From: a virus
Lineage: Duplodnaviria; Caudoviricetes
Virus record (IMG/VR): IMGVR_UViG_2562617114_000001
Span: 1-64,000 of that record
Reading direction: 5' to 3' (one strand)
DNA: 64,000 nucleotides
In this document: positions 17,945 to 27,499 of the stretch, piece by piece
Layout: every line of letters begins with the position of its first letter
How positions within the stretch are numbered: position 1 is the stretch's first letter
Notes under the pieces: generated by a model
Told to the model about the DNA's origin: nothing
Databases searched by the model: none
The model's input: only the letters and a program-made list of their open reading frames with translations
Program-made: the position numbers and the translations under genes

Positions 17945-19041
17945 TGCGATTCACAGATCAGTTTCTCGACGACCTCCGCGAGCGCGTGTCTATATCCGAT
18001 GTGGTCGGTACCCGTGTGACGTGGGAACGGTCGAAGACCCGGCCGCAGCGGGGCGACTATTGGGGGTGCTGCCCGTTCCACGGCGAGTCGCGCCCGTCCT
18101 TCCACTGCGAGGATAAGAAGGGCCGGTACCACTGCTTCGGTTGCGGCGCGTCGGGCAACCACTTCAAATTCTTCATGGACCTGGATGGCGTGACGTTCCC
18201 GCGCGCCGTCGAAATCGTGGCTTCGTTGGCTGGCGTCAGCTTACCGGGATCGGAAGAGACCGCGGATGAAAAACGCGAGCGCATGAAGCGAGAGGCAGAT
18301 CGCGCGCGCCGTAACGTCCAGAAGGAAGCTGACGACCGCCGCGAGCAGGAGCGCAAGGCGGAGTCGGTGCGCTCTATTTGGGAGGGAGGCGTCGCGATCG
18401 CCGGCACGCTCGCAGAAACCTACCTCCGCACCCGATCGATCGAGCTGGCCGACTTTCCTGCCGGCATGGCGTGGATGCCGAGCCTTCGCTTTCACTCGCG
18501 CCTCAAGTTGGGCACGGAGCGGCACCCGGCGCTGATCGGCGGGGTTCAGAGCAAGAGCCGGAAGCTGGTCGCCGTGTGGCGCATCTTCCTTGGTCCGGAC
18601 GGCAAGGCCATTTCCGATAAGGAAGGCAAGAAGGTGAAGCTCGGCTTCGGCCCGGCGACCGGTGGAGCGGTGCGGCTTGGCCCGGTAACGGAGACGCTGC
18701 GCCTCACGGAAGGCATCGAGACCGGGCTGGGCGTCATGCTGCTGACTAAGCCGAACGCCTCGACGTGGGCCACACTTTCCACCTCCGGCATGATGAATTT
18801 CGAAATCCCCGAGGGCGTCAAGCGCCTCGAGATCTACGCGGATGGTGATCGCCACCGCCTCAATAACAAGACGGGCGACCTGATGGAGCCGCCCGGAATC
18901 GTCGCGGCGAAGAAACTCCAGGAACGTGCAAGGCAAGAAGGCGTCGAGGCGGTCGTGCACCCGTCGCCTGAACCTGACGACTGGCTGGACGTATGGGTTC
19001 AAAGGAAGAAAGATGAGCAACGCATCTCCCACTATCGGTAA
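17944..19041 (+). CDS. DNA primase (CHC2 zinc finger + Toprim)
   Basis: CCPFHGESRPSF...YHCFGCGASG; LTEGIETGL; YADGD. Confidence 0.92.
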   Translation: MRFTDQFLDDLRERVSISDVVGTRVTWERSKTRPQRGDYWGCCPFHGESRPSFHCEDKKGRYHCFGCGASGNHFKFFMDLDGVTFPRAVEIVASLAGVSLPGSEETADEKRERMKREADRARRNVQKEADDRREQERKAESVRSIWEGGVAIAGTLAETYLRTRSIELADFPAGMAWMPSLRFHSRLKLGTERHPALIGGVQSKSRKLVAVWRIFLGPDGKAISDKEGKKVKLGFGPATGGAVRLGPVTETLRLTEGIETGLGVMLLTKPNASTWATLSTSGMMNFEIPEGVKRLEIYADGDRHRLNNKTGDLMEPPGIVAAKKLQERARQEGVEAVVHPSPEPDDWLDVWVQRKKDEQRISHYR

Positions 19042-20428
19042 CCTCAAGCTCGAGCAGTTGGTGCTCGGCTGCATCCTCCTCAACGAGGAGAACTACTGGC
19101 ACGTCTCTGAAATTCTGACGATCGAGCTGTTCGCATCCGAAGACCACCAGAAGATCTTTGCCATTATTCATGAGCTGGCATGCGACGGCCGCGCTATCCG
19201 GGTTCCGATCGTCGCCGGCCGCATCGGCAGCCTCAGCGAGGATAAAGACCCAGAAGCGTATGTGTCGATGCTGCTGCATGTGGCATCGCGCGAGGAAGGC
19301 ATCCCGCTCCAGGACTACGCCTATGAACTGCGCTCGTCCGCGACCAGGCGCAAGGTGATCGCGCTCGCCGAAAACATGATCAAGACGGCGAACGACCTGA
19401 AGTACGACCCGGACCAGATCGTTGACCGGGCATCGGAACGCCTGGCTGATATCTCCCGGGCGTCGGCGATCGAGCACGAGTCGACCGTGTCCAGCACCAT
19501 CGGCCAAGTGGTGAAAATGGCGGGCGATAGCAGCAGCTCAATGGCAATCCGCCCCTGCTTGAATGGCTTGGAGAAGATGATCGGCTCGCTGGCGACGGGC
19601 TCTCTCGTTTTGTGGGGTGGAGCGCCCGGCTCTGGCAAGACCGCAATGGCGATGCAGCAGATGCTGTTCTCGAGCACCATCCACCCGACATCGCTGTTCG
19701 AATTGGAGATGGATAACCGGTCTCTGGTGGTGCGCTCGGTCGCTGGTGAAACCGGCGTTTCCATGCGCGACATCATGCGCGGCCTGAACGATGATCAGTT
19801 CGAGGCGCTGATAGCAGCACAGCGCTCGTTCGCGAACCGCAAGCTGAACATCGTAGCACCGTCGAAGATGACGATCCAACAGATCCGCAGCCGGGCCTAT
19901 GCGCACAAACGAAAGTTCGGCCTGGATCTTCTTGCTGTCGACCACCTGAAGCTGGTGGATCGGCCGAGCAAGACGCGCATGGACCCGGTCGAGCGCGCCT
20001 ATGAAAACGCTCGCGACCTAAAGGCCCTCGCGAAGGATCTCAATTGCTGCGTCATCGGGCTCTGCCAGTTCACCAAGGCGGCGCGTCAGAAGGAACAGCC
20101 GGAGCCTGAGATGGAAGACTTCTATGGCGGCTCGCTCGAGGAGCACGCTGACCTGATGCTCGCCAACTTCAATCGAAACGACTGGCATAAGCGCAATCCC
20201 CCGATGACCAACAAAGGCAACCTGAAGGAGGAGTGGGACCGCAAGGTGCAGAGCACCGCAGGAAAGATCGAAGTCTACAAATTGAAGGACCGCTTCGGGT
20301 CGCCACGCGATCGGCACATCTTCGATTGGGACGGGAAGATCACGCAATTCAAGGACCAAGTTTTCGAAACGCAGACCTCGTTCCTCTCGCAGGACGAGCG
20401 TGAGTTCGACCTGGGAGCAACCGCATGA
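19013..20428 (+). CDS. dnaB: DnaB-like replicative helicase
   Basis: EQLVLGCILL, GGAPGSGKT, FELEM, VDHLKL, LKALAKDLNCCVIGLCQ, SLEEHAD. Confidence 0.93.
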   Translation: MSNASPTIGNLKLEQLVLGCILLNEENYWHVSEILTIELFASEDHQKIFAIIHELACDGRAIRVPIVAGRIGSLSEDKDPEAYVSMLLHVASREEGIPLQDYAYELRSSATRRKVIALAENMIKTANDLKYDPDQIVDRASERLADISRASAIEHESTVSSTIGQVVKMAGDSSSSMAIRPCLNGLEKMIGSLATGSLVLWGGAPGSGKTAMAMQQMLFSSTIHPTSLFELEMDNRSLVVRSVAGETGVSMRDIMRGLNDDQFEALIAAQRSFANRKLNIVAPSKMTIQQIRSRAYAHKRKFGLDLLAVDHLKLVDRPSKTRMDPVERAYENARDLKALAKDLNCCVIGLCQFTKAARQKEQPEPEMEDFYGGSLEEHADLMLANFNRNDWHKRNPPMTNKGNLKEEWDRKVQSTAGKIEVYKLKDRFGSPRDRHIFDWDGKITQFKDQVFETQTSFLSQDEREFDLGATA

Positions 20429-20877
20429 ACGACTTTTCTTACGAGCTTGAAACCGTCGCCACCGTCGGCACTTTCGCGAAGCTTCGGACATCGAGGGACG
20501 GAGAGCTCAAGCCCATCCTCGAAAGGGGCGGCCGGCCGAAAATCTACAAGAGCAGGACCGAGGCAATCCAAGATCTGCTCGACCACATCGTCGCCTACAT
20601 CAACGGCCGCCTGGTCCGTGATGGCGAAATAGCCGGAGAGACGGCAGCAGAAGCGGAGGCGGTATTCAAGGCGCCGCTCCGGCAGAAGGGGAAAACCCGG
20701 GTGATCACAGTAGCTTACAAGGGGCGAGGCGATGGGGAAGACAAAGCACAGCGACAGCAGCATCTACGTGGTGTGGGTTCTATGGCTGATCGGGATGTCG
20801 GAGAAGAAGATCGGCCTCGTCGCGTCGAAGGGCGGCAAGCAGGTGTCCGGCATCGTATCTCGCTCCCCCTACGCTAA
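20425..20877 (+). CDS. Hypothetical phage protein
   Basis: ATGA overlap with helicase. Confidence 0.6.
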   Translation: MNDFSYELETVATVGTFAKLRTSRDGELKPILERGGRPKIYKSRTEAIQDLLDHIVAYINGRLVRDGEIAGETAAEAEAVFKAPLRQKGKTRVITVAYKGRGDGEDKAQRQQHLRGVGSMADRDVGEEDRPRRVEGRQAGVRHRISLPLR

Positions 20878-21037
20878 CCGATCGGCGATGAGCGACGACC
20901 AAAGGCAGAAGGCGCTCGACGAACTGGCGTCGGTGCGCGTCGGCGAGGACGGGAAGAAGATGGACGGCGGCATCCTCGACCGCATTCCAATGAAGATCAT
21001 TCCGCTGCAGGGGCGGCAGCTGAAAAGGAGCAAATGA
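20732..21037 (+). CDS. Hypothetical phage protein
   Basis: Protein-like 101 aa with GAGG upstream; overlaps previous ORF by 146 nt. Confidence 0.6.
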   Translation: MGKTKHSDSSIYVVWVLWLIGMSEKKIGLVASKGGKQVSGIVSRSPYANRSAMSDDQRQKALDELASVRVGEDGKKMDGGILDRIPMKIIPLQGRQLKRSK

Positions 21038-21038
21038 A

Positions 21039-21860
21039 GTGGCAACGGGACAAGGCATTCTCGAGAGACTGAAGCGCGCGAGGGAGATGCCGCCGGCCGA
21101 CACGAAGGCCGGAGTCCTTCCGCTCGTCGCCTTCTATGGCCGCGATCAGCAGCAGGAGGAATTGCGCAACCGCTTCTACTCCGCAATGGAACGGGCGATG
21201 GCATTCCGAGAGGACGACTTCCCGGACCAGATGGGCGGCGGAAAGAAACCGCACTGGACATTGGTCGACCTTCGCGATGCGATCGCGGTGGTCAATGCCA
21301 ACTCCAGCCCGATCGAGTTCCTGGTATCGCGCGGGGAGATGCAGACGGGCAGGGATCTCGAGGGGATGGGTGGTGTTCGCTTCCACACTGCACTTCGCCT
21401 GCGCGATCTCATCGACGGGGCCAGGGTGAACGGCATGAAGTCGCCGAACCTCGAGGGTGGCGGCGGAGGGGGCGGCAAGTCGGCCGACATCCGCGGCTAT
21501 CAGCTCGACTGCATCAAGCTCCTCGGCCGGGTGAAGGCCGACATGCCGGAGCAATGGATATTCCCCATGCTCGAGTCGGTAGTGTTCATGGATGAATGGA
21601 TGGACCTTTGGCCGGTGACCGATGGTCCGGTAGCGAGGAGGGAGGCGCTGAGGAAGCGGCGGCTGAAGACAATTCAGGCCCTCCACTTCGCTCTCGATCG
21701 AGCAAGCCTTAGCCTGGGGTATATGCAGGAGAATGATTTCAGGCAGCGGTGGGGTCTTGACGCACCAGCCCAGCCTTACGCAGCTCGTCGTCATACTCAG
21801 GCGTCCACGGCTTCAAACCAGCTCGGACTGCTGACATCGCAAGGCGCTCGGAAACGGTGA
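21039..21860 (+). CDS. Hypothetical protein, possible late regulator (DUF6456-like)
   Basis: Last gene of replication operon; ALRLRDLIDG...GGGGG pattern; family uncertain. Confidence 0.55.
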   Translation: MATGQGILERLKRAREMPPADTKAGVLPLVAFYGRDQQQEELRNRFYSAMERAMAFREDDFPDQMGGGKKPHWTLVDLRDAIAVVNANSSPIEFLVSRGEMQTGRDLEGMGGVRFHTALRLRDLIDGARVNGMKSPNLEGGGGGGGKSADIRGYQLDCIKLLGRVKADMPEQWIFPMLESVVFMDEWMDLWPVTDGPVARREALRKRRLKTIQALHFALDRASLSLGYMQENDFRQRWGLDAPAQPYAARRHTQASTASNQLGLLTSQGARKR

Positions 21861-21999
21861 GCTCTCGCTTGCCGGTGGAGATCAGGCTGACAGTGTTGCT
21901 GCCAGTGATACCCATCAGCTCGGCGGCCTGGCTGATTTGCCGGCCGTTGAAGCCGAGCCGGGCAACCCATACCCTGAAGTCGTTTATTGCAGTCTTCAT
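21739..21999 (-). CDS. HTH protein
   Basis: ISQAAELMGITGSNTVSLISTGKREL; GGAGG RBS. Confidence 0.7.
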   Translation of the reverse strand: MKTAINDFRVWVARLGFNGRQISQAAELMGITGSNTVSLISTGKRELTVSERLAMSAVRAGLKPWTPEYDDELRKAGLVRQDPTAA

Positions 22000-22445
22000 G
22001 TTTCCTCCTGCATGTCCTGGGTAACCTTTTCGGCGACATCGAAGTTGGCCTTGTTCACCACCAGCAGCTTGGCAAGAACGTGGACGGAGTGCGGGATGTC
22101 CTGCTCTCCGTCCAGCCATTTCATGACCCTGCTTTGCGGCACGCCGCAGATCTCCGCGAAGTAGGTGGGGGTCGTATTCATCTCGTCAATGAGCACAGCC
22201 AGCTCGGCGCCGGTCAGCCGGATGTAGCCGCCGGCCTTCCTGGTATCTATCGTGCGGCTTTCGTAGAGGCGGATGACCGCCTCCATCGCCGCAATTTCCG
22301 CCATCCGCTCGTCGTCGAAGGTGCGGACGCCGTTGTCGTCTCGTACCAAGTCAGGGATCAGCCCGGGTAAGGCGAACTGGCCGGCGAACCGGCCGTTGCG
22401 GGGTAATGCCTTGGCTATAAGGCGGGAGGCAGGCTTGATGCTCAT
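21996..22445 (-). CDS. Protein with C-terminal XRE HTH
   Basis: TPTYFAEICGVPQSRVMKWLDGEQDIP. Confidence 0.75.
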   Translation of the reverse strand: MSIKPASRLIAKALPRNGRFAGQFALPGLIPDLVRDDNGVRTFDDERMAEIAAMEAVIRLYESRTIDTRKAGGYIRLTGAELAVLIDEMNTTPTYFAEICGVPQSRVMKWLDGEQDIPHSVHVLAKLLVVNKANFDVAEKVTQDMQEET

Positions 22446-22481
22446 GGTGATCCCTGTGTTCTGCAGCATGTCTGCTTTCTC

Positions 22482-24101
22482 TTAATCTATTTTATGCCAA
22501 GTCGGCCAATCGTATCGGTCACGCTTCTTGCCGTTTTTGCTGACGGTGATGAAGCCGGTATTCACATTCGTCCCGACCGACGAGAACGAGTTAGGCGGGA
22601 GATCTTCCCACCGTGCGCCCATATCCTCCATCAGCTGGCGGAACGCGACCGACTTGTGTGTCTGTCGGAACTCGGTGCCGGCCGACATGATGGCGATCAA
22701 CTTCCCGTCGGGCTTGAGGAATTTCAGGGCGTGGACGACATGGTCAATGTCCCGCTCCCGATCGAAGGGTGGGTTCATGACCACCAGGTCGTACAGCCCG
22801 GTGGTCTCTGGCTCGATCGATATGAAGTCCGCATTGAAGACTCGGCCAAGCTTCCTGGCTTTCAGATCCGGGATCAGGTGCGGCTGGATCTCGATGCAGT
22901 CGACGACGTGGTCGACGCGGTACCGCTCCTGGTCCCAGCTCTTTTCGTAGTCGGGGTAGCACGCGACGGCGAGGTTGCCGGTACCCGCAGACGGCTCCAG
23001 GATCTTAAGGCGATCGCTCTCTTTCAAGCGGTGCCAGACGGGAGAGTTGCGGAGGATACGCTGCGCAGCGGCCGCCGGGGTAGGGTAGAAGCCGAAGTAG
23101 CGGGCAGGTGCCGTCTTCGCCTTCTCCGGTGAAAGCGGATCGTCGTCCACCTTGCGGCCATCGGCCAGCACTTCGCCATAGTATTCGCCGATCAGCTTGT
23201 TCACCTTGGCGACGAGATCCTTCCGCGTAAACCATAGGTGAGCGTTGCCGTTCTTGAAGATGCGGACATTGAAATACTCGGTCTCAACTTCGGTCTGGCG
23301 AGCGCCGGTCTGACCGTGGCGGGCGAGGTCGATCTCGCCGATGGTCTTAGTGAAGTAGTCGGCGGGCCGCTTCTGGCGCCGGGCTGCTTCATTTTCCTCG
23401 TCCTGCTTGCGAACCTCGTTCAGCTTGCCGTCAAGGATGGTGAACGTTCGCTCGATATCGATCAGCGTGGAGCGCTCGTCCTTGTGGGAGCTCCAGTTCC
23501 AACTGCCGTAGTCATTGAAGCAGCGGGTGAGGATCACGCGGGCTCCGACCTTGAACCCGTTGTGGGATCGGAAGCGACGGTCGAGCTTCGCGAAGGCGTT
23601 CGCCATGCCGCGCCGGAAGATCATGTCGGCGTCCATCATGAACTGCTCGAGCGTTGCGAGGACGTTTTCGACGGTCACCGGCGGCATGCCCTTGGCGGCC
23701 TGCTCCTCGGTGATCAACTGGCCGGGCTCCGTCGGCTCCTCGATGATGTGGGACATCTGTTCGCGCAGCTGGTCCTTCGCCTGTCGGTCCATCAGGTGCT
23801 CGAGCTCGGTGTGGCTGACCACCCATGCCCATACATTCAAGTCGATGATGTGCCGCTTCTCCCGCATGTAGTCGTCGAGGGGCGAGCGGCTGAGCGGGTG
23901 GAGCGCGCGCCGAGTGTCGACTTCATACGCCGCGTTGTAGGCGTTGGTGCGGGGGAAGGCGCGCTTCGCCATGTCGATTGCCGCGAGCTCAGCCTCGTGA
24001 GCCTCTTCGATCTTGGCGTGGGCGACTCCGAATAACTCGAGTGCCTTGTCCCGATAGGCGACGATCTGCTCGACCGTGTTGCGGGATACGATTGCGTTCA
24101 T
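22482..24101 (-). CDS. DUF4942 + class I SAM-dependent (N6-type) DNA methyltransferase
   Basis: FKNGNAHLWF; ILEPSAGTGNL; VVMNPPF. Confidence 0.88.
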   Translation of the reverse strand: MNAIVSRNTVEQIVAYRDKALELFGVAHAKIEEAHEAELAAIDMAKRAFPRTNAYNAAYEVDTRRALHPLSRSPLDDYMREKRHIIDLNVWAWVVSHTELEHLMDRQAKDQLREQMSHIIEEPTEPGQLITEEQAAKGMPPVTVENVLATLEQFMMDADMIFRRGMANAFAKLDRRFRSHNGFKVGARVILTRCFNDYGSWNWSSHKDERSTLIDIERTFTILDGKLNEVRKQDEENEAARRQKRPADYFTKTIGEIDLARHGQTGARQTEVETEYFNVRIFKNGNAHLWFTRKDLVAKVNKLIGEYYGEVLADGRKVDDDPLSPEKAKTAPARYFGFYPTPAAAAQRILRNSPVWHRLKESDRLKILEPSAGTGNLAVACYPDYEKSWDQERYRVDHVVDCIEIQPHLIPDLKARKLGRVFNADFISIEPETTGLYDLVVMNPPFDRERDIDHVVHALKFLKPDGKLIAIMSAGTEFRQTHKSVAFRQLMEDMGARWEDLPPNSFSSVGTNVNTGFITVSKNGKKRDRYDWPTWHKID

Positions 24102-24472
24102 GCTGGTCTCCGTTGATGCCATAGGCGGCGGGGGGGAATTGCTAAGATGTTAAGGCCTGGGGTTGAAAACCCATCCCTGGTCCATACCTCCTTGTGGCGC
24201 CAACAGAGACGAAATGATGTATCGTGGAACTTAGCCAGGTAAACCCAAGCCCCAGACAGGCGGCGGTAGTGGGGATCGACAGGTGGCTCCGGCCAGCCGA
24301 AGCCGGGCGGTGGTGGAAGTAGAAAGTGATTTACCGAACTCTCTGGGAGGCTCCGGAGACGGGGCCGCTTTAACTTATGGCCGTTTAAGTTGCGCTAGGT
24401 CGAAAATAATACTTGCAATTGGGAGTGCCTTTTCATTTCATCTCGCAATAATTGCCAATGAAGAGAAGCAGA

Positions 24473-25042
24473 ATGGAATCCCCGATCGCTTTGCCAAGCT
24501 TTGAGCAGCAGCTTGACGCCATGTTCGGCTGTTGCGATCCCGCCGGACGAACCATCGAAGACCCTGAACGCCACTTTAGCCCACAAAGTCTCCAGCGCCT
24601 GGACGAGGATACTGCGCCACTCATTAGACGCTATATGGAATTGGCATGTGATGGGTTGAGGCTTCCTGGTGTGTTGCACCGGACGCATCCTATGCTTTGG
24701 CTGATCGACAAACCAGGTGATGTCTGGACTGCAATAGAGGAGGTCATTGATGCGGAAACGGGTGCATACCTGTATCCTCTTTCTCGCAGCCAAAGTTCAA
24801 AGCCCGGGCATGTGCGCCTCGGACATCCGTCTTTAGTAATTGCCCGCAACAAGCATGCTCGGATCGGCGGAGAGATTAAGTATTCCGCTGCTGCAAATAA
24901 GTGGATCATATCAAATCGGTCCGGGAGGTATGGCACCCGCCCAAATCAAACGCAGGCTCATTTGGCTGCTGCAGCCAGTAGGTTTATGGAATTCGATATC
25001 GAACTCACCGTAAGCTTTTGGCAGCCAGGAAACTCACAATGA
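24473..25042 (+). CDS. Accessory (moron) protein 1, unknown; toxin-like motifs
   Basis: Opposite strand to neighbours, lower GC; GHPSL..ARIGGEI..ISNRSGRYG. Confidence 0.7.
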   Translation: MESPIALPSFEQQLDAMFGCCDPAGRTIEDPERHFSPQSLQRLDEDTAPLIRRYMELACDGLRLPGVLHRTHPMLWLIDKPGDVWTAIEEVIDAETGAYLYPLSRSQSSKPGHVRLGHPSLVIARNKHARIGGEIKYSAAANKWIISNRSGRYGTRPNQTQAHLAAAASRFMEFDIELTVSFWQPGNSQ

Positions 25043-25746
25043 TAATATTTTGGGATTTTGAACCATCCGAAATGCCTGCGCTTCAGGAAGTGATTACCTC
25101 GTCTGAAGGACTCAAAACTTTTATCTCTTCATTGAAGCATTTTCTGGCTGTGACCCCTCTCGATGGCGGAGCAGGAGAAGACCTGATCTATACTACTGGG
25201 ACAATGCTTACGAACGCTAACATTTGGTCGCGCCTACCGGCGGAGGATTTGGCCAACGCTTTAGCAGGCGAAGTCCCCATCGCTGCTGTAAAGTTGATCT
25301 TAGAACACGCATCGAGCGAATATCGACGCGCGGTGATCAGCGCGATGGAATCCACCACTCTATTGACTGAGTATAAGGAAATCTTAGATCGTGTGGAGGT
25401 CAACGAGCGATACAGTGCTCCCGAAGAATTTAAATTCCGGGGAAGTACACGCTTACCCGATCTTTCGCTCACGATGAGAAGTTATAAACCAAACTCGTTA
25501 CTTTTACGGTTTCACCATAAATTGCCTGAATCTAACTTGCGTTCTAACTTCGGTATTCACTTCCGTGCGTTAGGGCTTGAAAGCTCGGTTGCTATCTCGC
25601 TCGGTTTAGGAGTGACATGGGGCGTAACAATTAGACCAAATGCTGTGATAATGCATATCAATGGAAAGTATTTCGTTGAGATCGATGAAAGCGTCCTGCG
25701 GAAAGTAAGTAGCCAAAAAAAGGCGCCGATTTTCAGTCGGGATTGA
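25039..25746 (+). CDS. Accessory (moron) protein 2, unknown
   Basis: ATGA-coupled to protein 1, AT-rich codon usage. Confidence 0.7.
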   Translation: MIIFWDFEPSEMPALQEVITSSEGLKTFISSLKHFLAVTPLDGGAGEDLIYTTGTMLTNANIWSRLPAEDLANALAGEVPIAAVKLILEHASSEYRRAVISAMESTTLLTEYKEILDRVEVNERYSAPEEFKFRGSTRLPDLSLTMRSYKPNSLLLRFHHKLPESNLRSNFGIHFRALGLESSVAISLGLGVTWGVTIRPNAVIMHINGKYFVEIDESVLRKVSSQKKAPIFSRD

Positions 25747-25785
25747 TAGCTTTTACAGGTAAAGCTGCAGCAGTGCGGCACGAGA

Positions 25786-26031
25786 ATGACGTGGGCCGTT
25801 AGCATCCGAAATAACTCCTCTGGTGGTGAAGGCCCGATAAGAGATGACGAAGGGGTTAACCTCCCTGACCAAGAAGCTGTTCGGAGAGAGGTGGCGATGA
25901 TTGTGACTGGTCTTGCGCGAGATGAAATCCGGATGCAGCAGGCGGCCAATATCGTAGTCAACGTTCGAGATGAGGCCGACGCCAAGGTGTTCGTCGGCCA
26001 GTTGCAATACTCGGGTCGCTGGCAGGGGTAA
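25786..26031 (+). CDS. DUF6894-like protein
   Basis: DDEGVNLPDQEAVRREV...VRDEAD..VF. Confidence 0.65.
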   Translation: MTWAVSIRNNSSGGEGPIRDDEGVNLPDQEAVRREVAMIVTGLARDEIRMQQAANIVVNVRDEADAKVFVGQLQYSGRWQG

Positions 26032-26066
26032 TCCTCTTTCCGCAAATGCGCCCGTACCGTGCCCGG

Positions 26067-27227
26067 TCAAACCCGCATCGGCATCATGACGTAGGTGACG
26101 TCGTCATCCGCGCCGTCCTTGACGATAGCCGGGTCACCCGGGCCGCCGAGCTCGAGCATTGCGCCACCGTCCAGCTGCGCCAGGATCTCGAGCAGGTAAC
26201 CGGCGTTGAAGCCGATCTCGAGTGTGACGTCGTGATCGACGGTGATTTCGGTTGATGCGTGGCCGAAGTCCGGGTCGTAACAGGTGATGGCGATCTCGCC
26301 CGGTGCCAGGGTCAGCTTTGACGATCGGCTCTTCTCGGCCGAGATGGACGAGGCCTGCTTGAGCGCGTCGATGAAGGCTGCCGTCCGGACCGGAACCTTG
26401 TGCTGGTTCTGCGTCGGGATGACCCGCAGGTAGTTCGGGAACGTGCCGTCGACGACCTTTGACTCGAGCAGCTCATCCTCGCCGATGAGGAATGACACGC
26501 CGCTGTCGGTCACCGAGACCATGATATCGATCGGGCAATCCTTCCGCTTCAAGAGGCGCAGCAGCTCGCCAACCGTCTTCCGCGGGATTATCATGCCGTT
26601 CTCGATCGCTTCCGCACCAGCCGGCGCCGGGATCTCAAAGCGAGCCAGGCGGTGACCGTCGGTCGCAACAAACGCCAGCCGGTTGTCGTGGGCGAGGTGC
26701 ATGAAGACGCCGTTGAGGTAGTAGCGCGTCTCCTCTGTTGAGATAGCGAGCTGGATCTTCGACATGGCCTTCAGCAGTGTGGCCGCCGGCACCATGAAGC
26801 TGACGTTCGACTTGCCGAGAGCGGTGCGGAACGCAGCGTCTTCCGGAAAGTCCGACCGCTCGTGCTCCTGCTTCAGGGTGAGCTTCAACTTGCCGATCGA
26901 CACGGCCAGGCTATCACCGTCCAGGGTGAAGTTGATGTTGGCTGCGTCCTTCACCTTGTCCATGATGCCCTTCAGCTTGTGGGCATCAACGATCGCGAGG
27001 AAGTCGCTGTCGGCCTTACCGGCGACCAGCGTCGTGCTGTAGACGTCCATGTCCGTGCCGATGACGTTCACGCCCTTGCGGTTGGAGGTGATGAGCACTG
27101 TGTTCAGGACAGGGATGGTGTTCTTCTTCTCGACCACCTTGCAGGCATTGACCATGGCCTTTTTGAAAACCGAATAGTCAAGGGACGCCGTGGAAACAGA
27201 GGCGGCGATGTTGGCAAGTGCGTTCAT
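26067..27227 (-). CDS. dnaN: DNA polymerase III beta sliding clamp homologue
   Basis: KKNTIPVL, GTDMD, AISTEETRYYLNG, VATDGHRLA, DGTFPNYLRVIP, IGFNAGYL, YVMMPMRV. Confidence 0.95.
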   Translation of the reverse strand: MNALANIAASVSTASLDYSVFKKAMVNACKVVEKKNTIPVLNTVLITSNRKGVNVIGTDMDVYSTTLVAGKADSDFLAIVDAHKLKGIMDKVKDAANINFTLDGDSLAVSIGKLKLTLKQEHERSDFPEDAAFRTALGKSNVSFMVPAATLLKAMSKIQLAISTEETRYYLNGVFMHLAHDNRLAFVATDGHRLARFEIPAPAGAEAIENGMIIPRKTVGELLRLLKRKDCPIDIMVSVTDSGVSFLIGEDELLESKVVDGTFPNYLRVIPTQNQHKVPVRTAAFIDALKQASSISAEKSRSSKLTLAPGEIAITCYDPDFGHASTEITVDHDVTLEIGFNAGYLLEILAQLDGGAMLELGGPGDPAIVKDGADDDVTYVMMPMRV

Positions 27228-27274
27228 GGGTAGTCTCCGTGGTTCGCATGATTGCGGGGTGGTTGCCGGTTAAC

Positions 27275-27499
27275 CTACCGGCGGAGGATAGAGTAGGCGG
27301 TGGTTTCGGCCACAGCCCGGGGGTCGATGCGATCGGGCTCGATGGTGAGCCCGTCGGTAGCGTGCAGGGGATAGGAGTTGTGCGCCGTGAACCGCCTGCT
27401 TGCGGGGTCGAACGATATATACAGGGCTCCTGGCTTGATTCCGGGGCGAATGATGAGGCGGCCATCTCGCCGGACGTTCCAGTAGTCGAGGTCGATCAT
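27275..27499 (-). CDS. Small paralogue family member P1
   Basis: LYISFDPASRRF and C-terminal IDPRAVAETTAYSIL. Confidence 0.65.
   Translation of the reverse strand: MIDLDYWNVRRDGRLIIRPGIKPGALYISFDPASRRFTAHNSYPLHATDGLTIEPDRIDPRAVAETTAYSILRR

Noticed and set aside
24369-24390. CtrA box (two TTAA words)
   Set aside because: Spacing is 11 nt, not the 7 nt of TTAA-N7-TTAA.
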